Shown here in pieces: positions 39,301-48,697 of a DNA stretch of 64,000 nt. A program made the translations under genes and the position numbers. The notes beneath the pieces were generated by a model. It was not told where the DNA came from. It saw only the letters and a program-made list of their open reading frames with translations, and made no database searches. Every line of letters starts with the position of its first letter. Within the stretch, counting starts at the first letter, position 1. Where the stretch lies: the NCBI GenBank assembly GCA_965602015.1, contig OZ271918.1:3072001-3136000 (forward strand), written 5' to 3'. This DNA is from Salinispira sp. Its GTDB lineage: Bacteria > Spirochaetota > Spirochaetia > DSM-27196 > Salinispiraceae.

Positions 39301-40024
39301 CAAAATCATCCAGGCCGTCACCGAGATCCTCTGACAGATCACCGTCGAGATCGTCGCCTAGGCCGTCGGCATCATCAGCAACGTCAAAATCATCGAATCC
39401 GCCGCCCAGATCGCCCGGGATGTCCCCCTCGAAATCTTCGGGCACATCATCGTCGGGGCTGGCGGAGAAATCATCGGGGACGTTTTCAGGAGAGGTGAAC
39501 TCATCGGCGCCGTCGAACTCGTCTGCGCCGAAGTCTTCCATGGAAAGGTCGTCGCCCAGATCCAGACCGTCGTCGGATTCCTCATCCATGTCGGGGCTGT
39601 TAAAACTGGAAAGGTCGGTTTCTGCTTCTTGTTCTGCTTGTTGATCATCGGCGGCGTCAAGACCGAAGTCGCCGCCGAAAACGTCCGATGAGAAATCCTC
39701 ATCTTCCGGGGCATCCAGCCCAAAATCCGTCAGCTGCGGTTCTTCTTCGTCGAGTCCGAGATCGCTGAGAAAATCCGCATCCGGGGCAGGCATGCCCTCG
39801 ATCGATTCATCCTGGGTATCATCCGTTAGACCGTCACTGAGATTGGAAAAAAAGTCCTGTGCGACAGCCTCTGCGGAATCGGCTGGGGACCCCGAGTCAA
39901 ACTCTCCAGCCCGGGGCGCTTCAACGGCCTCGACCTGCTCGCCGCGCTCCGCAGCTATTTCAGGCTCGTTACCCGTGCGAACGAGAGATTCGTTAAACTG
40001 TTGCAGGGACTCATTGCTGGGCAT
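36368..40024 (-). CDS. flcA: Periplasmic flagellar collar protein FlcA-like
   Basis: Long acidic N-terminus, LPLNLKIA..EII, KKIEIPRGYEKRTG, a single TM helix and a TPR-rich C-terminus with NNLGVTL. This is the architecture of spirochete FlcA. Confidence 0.82.
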   Translation of the reverse strand: MPSNESLQQFNESLVRTGNEPEIAAERGEQVEAVEAPRAGEFDSGSPADSAEAVAQDFFSNLSDGLTDDTQDESIEGMPAPDADFLSDLGLDEEEPQLTDFGLDAPEDEDFSSDVFGGDFGLDAADDQQAEQEAETDLSSFNSPDMDEESDDGLDLGDDLSMEDFGADEFDGADEFTSPENVPDDFSASPDDDVPEDFEGDIPGDLGGGFDDFDVADDADGLGDDLDGDLSEDLGDGLDDFESIDDADELGDSLGDDLDGDLSDDLGDGLDDFETIDGGDELGNSLGDDLGGDLSDDLGDGLDDFESIDGGDELGDSLGDDLGGDLSDDLGDGLDDFESIDDADELGDSLDGDLSEDLSEPSFDTDFDQGIEFSDESPDSDFGDFDAPGDDEAFDAEGFAETAPTDGLADSGDFESADFSDEAGGGLEDFGDFDSDFDSSDFGDEFSMGDFGAEFGIMEDEAAEDFAEEEPASPEAEAMVEEALEEAAAEDQAADFAITDDQFSDLKSTLAYLPLNLKIAASEIIAGGKYDFEEILPLIEALYQRQPPRDIAKIVSKISGKKIEIPRGYEKRTGEHFEQERKSFAYQFSQTIWPVLRLVLAATGMLAAMLFLGYRFIYQPLFARNLYEQGLENIELQEYQQANRLFEQAYEIWPVNSRFLEYAEAFSDQRQFALAREKYETLLSDDIDPLNREGILRYADFAIYDLRDYPTAIEYLRRLLREDPWDYDARITQGDAYLEWGILTRDEDQRAEYFESARYEYASLIDRNGQSDELLFRMLRYFINTRNIEDALNLKDLFLTDERAQLDPRGMTELGGFLLDLSEEGIGGVGPGGGEELINQFVAGLRGDETVASLQEDALRVINRAMELDDTIPEVHYYRARYSRLTGDLQDEITALRNARELFEELELQRPLDRFETARKVDTYIREAENLYRLEEVLSAETRLRTAVQEYERALEARKVEASPMFGRAYALLGDIYYYEASNYDAAYQYFTQARENDYGRPDTHPELFRERQDLAYKLGFIALHRANNLDLRLEGARVELADQRDLMRQQALLDQAIREFNTAQGSIPTANINLLYARANTQFMRQNYFDAASLYRILLEELTAERRSISTFLLEEDQRHRALIDFQVRANNNLGVTLYRLYRQGGQNAEDLLAQSQLFLSRSAELSENLNRDVETAVRADARPLAFLNLTYILAPEFDDAVQIDPDIRKDLQAPTF
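38976..39362. repeat. Intragenic tandem repeat, 96 bp x about 4 (32-aa acidic unit)
   Basis: TTCAAAATCATCCAGGCCGTCACCGAGATC recurs at 39011, 39107, 39203 and 39299. Confidence 0.95.
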
Positions 40025-40140
40025 TGCCTATCTCGGTCTTCCTCTTGCACATTTTCGGCATTCGCCGGGAAATCTCAAGCTCAGGGGCAAACATTCCGAT
40101 TCTTTTTATATAACGAGCTTTAGTCGGCGGGGAGCAGGGA

Positions 40141-40896
40141 ATGAAACGCTTCATCTCTATTATATATATACTCTTTTTTTGTGTCTCAGCACTATCCTCA
40201 CAGGAACTGGCAGCCCATTTATACATCCGCGGGCTGGAATCCGCGTCAGCTCCGGTGTACCATCCGGGCAGCGACTCCGTGATTTTCAGCTATCAGGTAA
40301 AGGAGATGAGGTTTCAGCCCCGGCACGTGGGAATCAGTTTCGAGCATGAACGCTTCGCTTCGGTTCATGAAATGCAGTACGTAGACCGCAGGGATGAAGA
40401 AAACCGGCTGGTTTCCCGGGTGTACTTCCACTTCCTTCCTCTGACTCCGGAAATTCAAAATCTGGAGCGACTCGCCTATCGCTTTGTTGTCGACGGTGCC
40501 TGGCTTGAGGATCCGCTCAATCCGGCATTCGTGGAAAAACTGAGCGGACGTCGGATGTCTGTCGCACAATTGCCGCCGGAAAGAGAGACCCTTCCGGTCA
40601 GCCCGGAAATTAGGAGAGAGACTGATCAAGGCAGATCCAAGCTGGTGAAATTTCGGTTTTTCGCCGATCCGGGGCAGCGAGTAAATGTGGCCGGGAGCTT
40701 TAATAACTGGGATCCCTTTATGTATGTAATGCGGGAAGCGACTCCCGGGGAATACGAGCTCACCTTGAGGCTGCTCCCGGGGGATTATCATTACAATTAT
40801 TACTATCGCGGAAGGCGAATTATTGATCCCCTCAATGTGCGTTCGAGCTATGACATAGAGGGTTACGAATATTCGACGTTCTCAGTGGACTCATAG
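40141..40896 (+). CDS. Exported glycogen-binding (CBM48/AMPK-beta-like) domain protein
   Basis: YRFVVDGAWLEDPLN and VAGSFNNWDP...LLPGDYHYNY...DPLN, plus a signal peptide. Confidence 0.82.
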   Translation: MKRFISIIYILFFCVSALSSQELAAHLYIRGLESASAPVYHPGSDSVIFSYQVKEMRFQPRHVGISFEHERFASVHEMQYVDRRDEENRLVSRVYFHFLPLTPEIQNLERLAYRFVVDGAWLEDPLNPAFVEKLSGRRMSVAQLPPERETLPVSPEIRRETDQGRSKLVKFRFFADPGQRVNVAGSFNNWDPFMYVMREATPGEYELTLRLLPGDYHYNYYYRGRRIIDPLNVRSSYDIEGYEYSTFSVDS

Positions 40897-40902
40897 ATTT
40901 CG

Positions 40903-41556
40903 ATGGCCATAATAGACCGGCTCGACGCCCTATTCTTTGACCTTGACAACACCTTATACCCGGCAAGCAGCCCAATGACCACAGAGATTTCTCGCCGGAT
41001 TACTCTGTACGTCCAGCGGATTCTCCAGGTGGATTATGACGAAGCGTCCACCATGCGCCGACAGGGGTTTTTACAATACGGCACCACTCTCAAATGGCTG
41101 GAGAAGGAACGGGACTTTACCGACATCGAAGACTATCTCGAGGCGGTTCATCCGGAAGACGTTAATAACTATCTTCCGGAAGGTGGAGAACTTGGAACCA
41201 TGCTCGACTCAATCCCGCTGCCAAAGTACGTACTGACGAACTCATCAATTCAGCATGCCCGAAGAGTTCTCGATCATTTTGGTATTCGGCAGAAGTTTCT
41301 CTCTATCTTCGATATCACCTACAATAACATGATGGGCAAGCCCCACGAAAGTTCGTATACCTCTGCCCTCCGGGAAAGCGGGCATCCGGCGGATCGGGTT
41401 CTGTTCATCGACGATGTGCCATCCTATCTGGAAGGATTCGCAGGCCTGGGGGGACAGTGCCTTTTGGTGGATGAGAATCTGCAACATGAAGCCAGCAGTT
41501 TTGACTCAATCACAACTATTTATGAACTGCCCCGATTCCTGAACCGCGCCTCCTGA
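40903..41556 (+). CDS. HAD hydrolase, pyrimidine 5'-nucleotidase-like
   Basis: FDLDNTLY, YGTTL, LTNS, KP and FIDD. Confidence 0.88.
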   Translation: MAIIDRLDALFFDLDNTLYPASSPMTTEISRRITLYVQRILQVDYDEASTMRRQGFLQYGTTLKWLEKERDFTDIEDYLEAVHPEDVNNYLPEGGELGTMLDSIPLPKYVLTNSSIQHARRVLDHFGIRQKFLSIFDITYNNMMGKPHESSYTSALRESGHPADRVLFIDDVPSYLEGFAGLGGQCLLVDENLQHEASSFDSITTIYELPRFLNRAS

Positions 41557-41706
41557 CATTGTTTGCCGGAGACGGGGGTTGCCGACGGCGACTGGCGGCA
41601 GCGGTTTGCGATGTTAGCTGCCGGGTGCGACTGGCGGCAGCCCCGAAAATGGGCTATAATTTCGCCGGAAACGAATTTTCACCAATTAAAAACCCGGAGG
41701 CAGACG

Positions 41707-42615
41707 ATGGGAACCGTTAGGGACGTTTACGGCCACATTGCGCTCGAACTTGTAAAAAATAGTGTACACAGCAGCCAGATCGAACCGGATGCGGTCTACC
41801 AGGAAGCCAACAAATCGAACCGCCGCATTCTGAACAAAATTATCAGCGATCTGTTATTGCCGGAAAGCACAATCCTGGGCTTCCACAACCTGCAGAGACT
41901 GCATAATCTCGCAGAGGAGGGCAAATCCTGCCTCATACTCATGGAGCATTACAGCAACTTCGACCTTCCGAACTTGTATTATTTACTTGAAAACCTCTAT
42001 CCCGGCGGAGAAGAAATCGGCGATGACATCATCGCCATGGCCGGTATGAAATTAAATGTCGAAAGCGATTTCGTACGGGCATTTACCGAAGCCTATACCC
42101 GAATAGTCATCTATCCTTCCCGAAGCCTTTCAAACCTGGAAGGTAGCGAAGCCTATGAAGCAGAACGAAGCAAAAGCCGGAAGATAAACATGGCGGCATT
42201 GCACGAAATGGTGCGTCAAAAACATGCGGGTAAGATTATTCTACTGTTCCCCAGCGGGACCAGATATCGACCGGGCGTGGAAGAAACCCGCAGGGGTCTG
42301 GCTGAAGTCGATTCGTATATAAAAGGCTTCGACTATATCCTTCCCATAGGAATCGCCGGCAACACCCTCAGAATCAACACCAGCGGGAGCATGAGCGAGG
42401 ACTACATCCAGAAGGACTGCATGGTTTTCGCCGCCGCCGAAGTGCATGACGCCAAAGAATGGCGAAACGGGATCCGGGAAAAGGCGCCTGAGGGAACCGA
42501 CTCAAAGCAGTTCGTCGCAGATGCAGTGATGAAATGGCTTTCGGATCTTCACAACGAAGCTGAGGACTACCGTCAAAAGCACCTGCCCGAGGGTTATCCC
42601 GACAGCGTACTATGA
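41707..42615 (+). CDS. Glycerol-3-phosphate/lysophospholipid acyltransferase
   Basis: HX4D motif (EHYSNFD) and FPSGTRYRP. RBS GGAGG precedes ATG 41707. Confidence 0.85.
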   Translation: MGTVRDVYGHIALELVKNSVHSSQIEPDAVYQEANKSNRRILNKIISDLLLPESTILGFHNLQRLHNLAEEGKSCLILMEHYSNFDLPNLYYLLENLYPGGEEIGDDIIAMAGMKLNVESDFVRAFTEAYTRIVIYPSRSLSNLEGSEAYEAERSKSRKINMAALHEMVRQKHAGKIILLFPSGTRYRPGVEETRRGLAEVDSYIKGFDYILPIGIAGNTLRINTSGSMSEDYIQKDCMVFAAAEVHDAKEWRNGIREKAPEGTDSKQFVADAVMKWLSDLHNEAEDYRQKHLPEGYPDSVL

Positions 42616-43539
42616 GGCGGGACGGGATTTTCTTCGGTCAAGGGCGTACAGCCTGACCTGTTCGGCAAACCCCATCCGCTCCAGGAGCGAGCTGAGGTAC
42701 ACGCTTCCGCTCCAGTTCTCCAGGGTGATTATGTCTATGCTTTCTTCCGCCGATGCCTCTATGTAGCGTTCGATGAGGGTGGTGGCGATTCCCAGCCCCC
42801 GATATTGGGGCTCAATGTATATTTGCAGCATGTGGCCCACCGAGCGCTCAGAACTGAGTTCATCATGCAGGACCCACAAAAAACCGCAGATCTCCCCCCC
42901 CGGAAGAAAAACCCCCAGGATGTACGATCCGTTTTCCAGGTCATCAGCAGCCGGCAAGTGGTCCCGGCGAAATGAATACCAATACGAGGATTCCCGGGGG
43001 TCGGGGAAGATTTCAGCGAATACTTTTTTATCGAGATAGACAACGGTCTGCAATGTGGCCCGGTCCTCGACCTGGCAAATGGTGAAATCGCTGAGCACCA
43101 GGTCCTCACCTTCGAAAATATCGGCTTTAAGGGCTTCCAGTCCCCGGCTTTCCCTGATGCCGTTAAACCATTGAAGAACCCGGCTCTTCATTTGGCGGTC
43201 TTTAAAGAAGAACCACAATTTTTCCACTTCCCGGTGCTCTTTCAGGCAGTTTTTGAACTGGCGGAAAACTCCCCTGCCGCTTTGCAGAATGCTTTGAAGC
43301 TCGTGTTTCACGATGGGATTTTTCAGATCGGCGACGAAACGCTCCATCAGGTTATATCCGTCAACCGACCGCCATTCCGGTATTTCTTCCAGGTCAGGTT
43401 CTCCGTCAATAGCTTCGGCCTCGTCGCCACCGATGACCTTTCCCCGGTCCAGATCGAGGAAAAACAACTGGTCCTGATTTTCCATCCCGAATATGACCTG
43501 GTCGACAAGTTCTTTGCTTAATTCCATATCGCTGCGCAT
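42610..43539 (-). CDS. UPF0158-domain / GNAT acetyltransferase fusion
   Basis: N-terminal GYNLMERFV...GRGVFRQFKN. C-terminal IYIEPQYRGLGIAT (acetyl-CoA motif A). Confidence 0.82.
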   Translation of the reverse strand: MRSDMELSKELVDQVIFGMENQDQLFFLDLDRGKVIGGDEAEAIDGEPDLEEIPEWRSVDGYNLMERFVADLKNPIVKHELQSILQSGRGVFRQFKNCLKEHREVEKLWFFFKDRQMKSRVLQWFNGIRESRGLEALKADIFEGEDLVLSDFTICQVEDRATLQTVVYLDKKVFAEIFPDPRESSYWYSFRRDHLPAADDLENGSYILGVFLPGGEICGFLWVLHDELSSERSVGHMLQIYIEPQYRGLGIATTLIERYIEASAEESIDIITLENWSGSVYLSSLLERMGFAEQVRLYALDRRKSRPAS

Positions 43540-43544
43540 AACTG

Positions 43545-45365
43545 TTAGTTCGCCTGCTCCGAGGGAAATCGATGGCCCTCTGCGAATCGCTCCTGCTCCA
43601 TTTCCTCCAGCTCTCGAATCTTCCCTTCCACGTGGTTCAACTGCAGTCGTGCCGGCGGACAAAGCCTACGGTGCCAAACCGCCACCTTTCCATCGTCCAA
43701 GGTCTGGCCTGAGACAATAATGCGCACCGGGACGCCCATCATATCCAATTCGCGAAATTTTTGCCCCAACGGGATTTTTCTGTCGTCATGGAGGATCGAT
43801 GCGCCGAGGCGCAAGTGAAGCTTGTCGCCGATTTCCCTGATGGTAGCGCTGCGGCCCACAACCAACAGCGCCGCCTTGTACGGCGCGATATTTATAGGCC
43901 AGAGAAAGCCGTTCTTCATCCGGTGAGCCTCCACAAGACTGGCCAGCAGCCTACCGAGGCCGATTCCGTACGCTCCCATTGAAGGATAGAATATTTGTCC
44001 CTTTGTATCATGCAGGGAAAAATCGAATTTCCGGCTAAAATACTCGCCGATGCGGTATACGCTGGCAATTTTTATGGTTTTTTCTAGCTCAAGTGCGCCG
44101 CCGCAGTGACGGCAGGTACAGTTTTTATCGACCTCGACAAAATCACCCACGTAGTCCCCGTCGAAATCCCGCCCGAAATTGACATTTATTAAAAACTTCC
44201 CCGGACTGCCTTGTGAGAAAACCAGATTGCTGCTCTCGCTGACCGTAAGATCCACAGCAGTCAAAAACCGGCCGCCCTGGTCCTCCATGGTAACCGGACG
44301 CTTCATGCCGACGGGGGTGAGAAATGCCTGTGCCGTCGGAGGGCCGGGTTTGCGGCGGCCCTTTTTCGGCCGCTGATACCGGGCATACCCAAGATCGTGA
44401 AGCTCCTGCTCTCCAAGCTCGGATATGATGGGCTCGCCGATTACCCGAGCGAGCTTATCGAGGGATATTTTTTTGTCTGAACGGTATACGGCGGCTACAT
44501 ACCCGTCCATTATCCGGTAGATTCCGCAGGTCGCAGTGCGGCTTTTTGGCAGGCCTTTCTGTTGACGAAAGCAGGAGAGACCAAAACAGTCGGGGTTCGT
44601 AATGATTTCCATCGGCAGGGGACGGCCGCTGGGATGGGCCGAGTTGGCGACAGCCACATCCTGGTTCGCGTTATAGCCGCAGGAGGGGCAGCGAACCAGA
44701 ACATCCTCTCCCCGTTCGTGCTTCATGAGGAAATCATACGAACTGGTGCCGCCGGTGAAATTGGCGGCACCTTCAGTTGAAGCGATATTCAGCCCGAGCT
44801 GCCGGAAAATACGGGAAAAAATCGCGAAGATTTTCGGCATAAAGTTATTCAACTCGGTAAAACTGCGGTGAAATGAGTAGCCGTCGCTCATGAGAAATTC
44901 CCGGGCCTTGAGAAGTCCGGATTCGTCGAGAGCCTCGTCGCGGAATTTATTCTGGAACTGAAAAAAGAAACGGGGAAGCTGCTCTACCGAAGATATGCTT
45001 CTGGCGAGCATTTCGATGCACGCCTCTTCGTGCATGGGAGCGAGAACCAGGTTATTGCCGTTATGGTCATTAAACCTCGTCAGTTCCCGGCTTATCATTC
45101 GGCTTCGGTCCGATCGGTCCCACAGGTCGCCGGGATTCACCAGAGGGAGGAGAATTTCTTCTCCACCCAAGGCACGGAACTCCTCGGCAATAATGTGGCC
45201 GATTTTCTTCATGACCATCATGCCGAGGGGCATAAAGGCGAATAGCCCGTCACCGATTTGCCTGATATAGCCTCCCTCCACAAGCATGCGGCTTCCCTCG
45301 AGACGATACTGCGGGGTCGGACCGGCATTCTGGGATGGTATGTGGAGAATTTGGCTCATTTTCAT
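43545..45365 (-). CDS. Divergent prolyl-tRNA synthetase paralog (bacterial type with INS region)
   Basis: KFRDE...REFLMSDGYSFH, MGAYGIGLGR and anticodon domain DDR..GQKF..DMMGVP are present, but several conserved residues are substituted. Confidence 0.85.
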   Translation of the reverse strand: MKMSQILHIPSQNAGPTPQYRLEGSRMLVEGGYIRQIGDGLFAFMPLGMMVMKKIGHIIAEEFRALGGEEILLPLVNPGDLWDRSDRSRMISRELTRFNDHNGNNLVLAPMHEEACIEMLARSISSVEQLPRFFFQFQNKFRDEALDESGLLKAREFLMSDGYSFHRSFTELNNFMPKIFAIFSRIFRQLGLNIASTEGAANFTGGTSSYDFLMKHERGEDVLVRCPSCGYNANQDVAVANSAHPSGRPLPMEIITNPDCFGLSCFRQQKGLPKSRTATCGIYRIMDGYVAAVYRSDKKISLDKLARVIGEPIISELGEQELHDLGYARYQRPKKGRRKPGPPTAQAFLTPVGMKRPVTMEDQGGRFLTAVDLTVSESSNLVFSQGSPGKFLINVNFGRDFDGDYVGDFVEVDKNCTCRHCGGALELEKTIKIASVYRIGEYFSRKFDFSLHDTKGQIFYPSMGAYGIGLGRLLASLVEAHRMKNGFLWPINIAPYKAALLVVGRSATIREIGDKLHLRLGASILHDDRKIPLGQKFRELDMMGVPVRIIVSGQTLDDGKVAVWHRRLCPPARLQLNHVEGKIRELEEMEQERFAEGHRFPSEQAN

Positions 45366-45560
45366 GTACTGCCATTGTAATTTGCCTTCGCTCTGCTGTC
45401 CATTGACAGTTCGTCAGTCGGGCAGCAGCCTTGACAACCCAACGGCTTTGTCAGATATTTGTCCTATACCAACCCTCAATTTGGCTGCGGAAACATCGTT
45501 CCCGATGTAATCCGCCATCTGCCGCTTTCCGCAACGGAACGGTGGAAACACATACAATAG

Positions 45561-46862
<1,302 letters not shown>

Positions 46863-46896
46863 AAACCCGCCCCAAGGGGCGAAGTGAGTGAAACAG

Positions 46897-46924
46897 ACCC
46901 GGAGCCCATGCTCCGGGTTTTTTT
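46897..46924 (+). terminator. Terminator after eno
   Basis: ACCCGGAGC-ccat-GCTCCGGGT followed by a T-run. Confidence 0.85.
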
Positions 46925-47351
46925 AATATTCAACGGTGTCATCCCAGAAAAATTCAGATTCACGGGGCAGTATGGATTCAAGCAGAAATCCGGTTTCGGC
47001 CTGGAAGGTACTTATGTGATAATCTCCGGGGGCCGATACCGGCAATACCGAAGCGGCCACCAGAAATTCGGCTTCCCGGTATGCCAATCTCCGGGTGCTG
47101 AGGCTGAAACCGACCTGGGATATAAAGTAGACTGCGGCACCCAGAACAAGGACTGCGGCAGCAGCCCGGGCGGCTAGGGCAGGGCCGCGACGAAACGGCT
47201 GCGGCGCCCGTCTGGAATAGCCGGGCCGGGGCTCTGCTCCTGCTGCGGCGATACGCCGATCGAGCTCGGAACGGCCGGAGTTGCGCAGCATGCCGATGAC
47301 CTCATCTGAGCTGTATGTTCCCTGCCTATGACGAAATTGTCTCCTACTCAT
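46923..47351 (-). CDS. Putative single-TM anti-sigma factor
   Basis: Overlaps the ECF sigma stop codon and has one TM helix. Confidence 0.6.
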   Translation of the reverse strand: MSRRQFRHRQGTYSSDEVIGMLRNSGRSELDRRIAAAGAEPRPGYSRRAPQPFRRGPALAARAAAAVLVLGAAVYFISQVGFSLSTRRLAYREAEFLVAASVLPVSAPGDYHISTFQAETGFLLESILPRESEFFWDDTVEY

Positions 47352-47907
47352 GTTTTCCTCCCTCGACTTCACGGCCATAGAGCCTGTTGAACTGGCGGGC
47401 CAATCCTTTCCTTCCCGCAGAAAGGCGTGATTTAACCGTGCCCTCAGGCAGCTCCAGTATGCTGGCCACTTGGGAAACCTGCATGCCCTCCAGCTCTTTG
47501 AGCAGGAGAGGAATTCGAAGCCGCTCCGGAAGTGCCATCAACGCATCGATAACCGCCCTTCTCTTCTCATCGCGTTCCAGGACTTCTTCCGGACCGGAAT
47601 AGGGGCTGGCGGCGATGGTCAGGAAATCATGATTCTCAACAGATTCCCTGCGCCTTCTGGTCCTGCGCATCGCATCAAGAGCGGCATTGCGGCAAACAGT
47701 AAAAAGCCAGGTCTTGAACCCATCGGGGCCATGAAAGCTATTGAAATTCAGATAGGCGCGGAGCAGCCCTTCCTGAAGGCTGTCCTCAGCTTCATGGTAA
47801 TTGCCCCGATGAAGAACAAACAGATAGCGTCGAATCGACGGGAGATGAGGTGCAATAAGCTCCCCTATCTCTTCCCGCCGATTCCGACTCTGTGCGGAAT
47901 CATGCAT
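47344..47907 (-). CDS. ECF (sigma-70 group 4) sigma factor
   Basis: AEDSLQE, FKTWLFTVCRN, ALMALPERLR and GTVKSRL. Confidence 0.93.
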   Translation of the reverse strand: MHDSAQSRNRREEIGELIAPHLPSIRRYLFVLHRGNYHEAEDSLQEGLLRAYLNFNSFHGPDGFKTWLFTVCRNAALDAMRRTRRRRESVENHDFLTIAASPYSGPEEVLERDEKRRAVIDALMALPERLRIPLLLKELEGMQVSQVASILELPEGTVKSRLSAGRKGLARQFNRLYGREVEGGKHE

Positions 47908-48419
47908 TAATCCGCGTGCTGGTAAATGAAGCGCAGAGTTGGAAGGAGCTCTGGCCGGGCTGCGCGGATCCGGTCGTCAAGGAGCCTCATGTCCATACCA
48001 CGTTCTCCAAGACCTCTGCCAAACTGCTTCATCTGGGCCCATCGGCGCTGACCGAGGATTTCCTGCAGCTCTATACCTCGACGGATCTCCGCCATCCGCA
48101 GCTGGATTTCGAATTCGATTCCCTGCCGAATGAGATCTTCAATTTCTTCGAGGTCCGGGTTTTGCTCTACCATTTCCCGGGAAATCTGCGCTCTCAGCAC
48201 TTCCAACTCGGCAGTCGGAATGCGTCGAGATTCGACAAACCGGTTTTGTACTTCATTTATTGCTTCGATTTCCTCTTCGCTGAATCTCAGGCGCTCGAGA
48301 TTTTCAATAATTTCCCGGTCCGCCCGGTCTCCACGGTGATTCTGCCCAAAAAGCACGGCGGGCAGCACGAGCAATAGGGAGAGTCCGATGCCGATTCGCA
48401 ATAGAGTATTGTTTTTCAT
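47907..48419 (-). CDS. Periplasmic Spy/CpxP-like (heavy-metal-sensor-like) protein
   Basis: Signal peptide, helical body, LRFSEEE and EILGQRRW (LTxEQ-like). First gene of the ECF operon. Confidence 0.7.
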   Translation of the reverse strand: MKNNTLLRIGIGLSLLLVLPAVLFGQNHRGDRADREIIENLERLRFSEEEIEAINEVQNRFVESRRIPTAELEVLRAQISREMVEQNPDLEEIEDLIRQGIEFEIQLRMAEIRRGIELQEILGQRRWAQMKQFGRGLGERGMDMRLLDDRIRAARPELLPTLRFIYQHAD

Positions 48420-48503
48420 GATTTTCTCCTGGCCGGCGGATTTATGACAGCCGCTGTTAATAGTTAAAGCCGTTCGGATGTGACGCGAGGGGCTTTGTAT
48501 ATA

Positions 48504-48531
48504 TAGACGCCTGCCAGGGCTTCGAGGTTCA
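48504..48531 (-). promoter_or_regulatory. Candidate ECF-sigma-dependent promoter
   Basis: Minus strand TGAAC, 17 bp, CGTCTA, upstream of the Spy/sigma/anti-sigma operon. Confidence 0.6.
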
Positions 48532-48551
48532 TTTTATTTGGTAGATTATGC

Positions 48552-48690
48552 AAGTGCCCCGAAAACAGCTGATTTAAACCACCTAATCAGTTGGTGGACA
48601 ATGGGTTGCCTGAGTACCATTGCCAAAACCCGGCTTGTCCCTCGCACACAATGATTTATAGCAGAAAAATCAGCTGTTTTCGGGGCAGTT
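48552..48690. mobile_element. MITE-like element, copy 2 (139 bp, 24-bp TIRs with 1 mismatch)
   Basis: AAGTGCCCCGAAAACAGCTGATTT (48552-48575) and AAATCAGCTGTTTTCGGGGCAGTT (48667-48690). The interior aligns by eye with copy 1. Confidence 0.75.
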
Positions 48691-48697
48691 CCAAGAA

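Noticed and set aside
38976..39362. Regularly spaced repeats as a possible CRISPR array
   Set aside because: The units are contiguous 96-mers with no unique spacers, lie in frame within flcA, and have no cas genes nearby.
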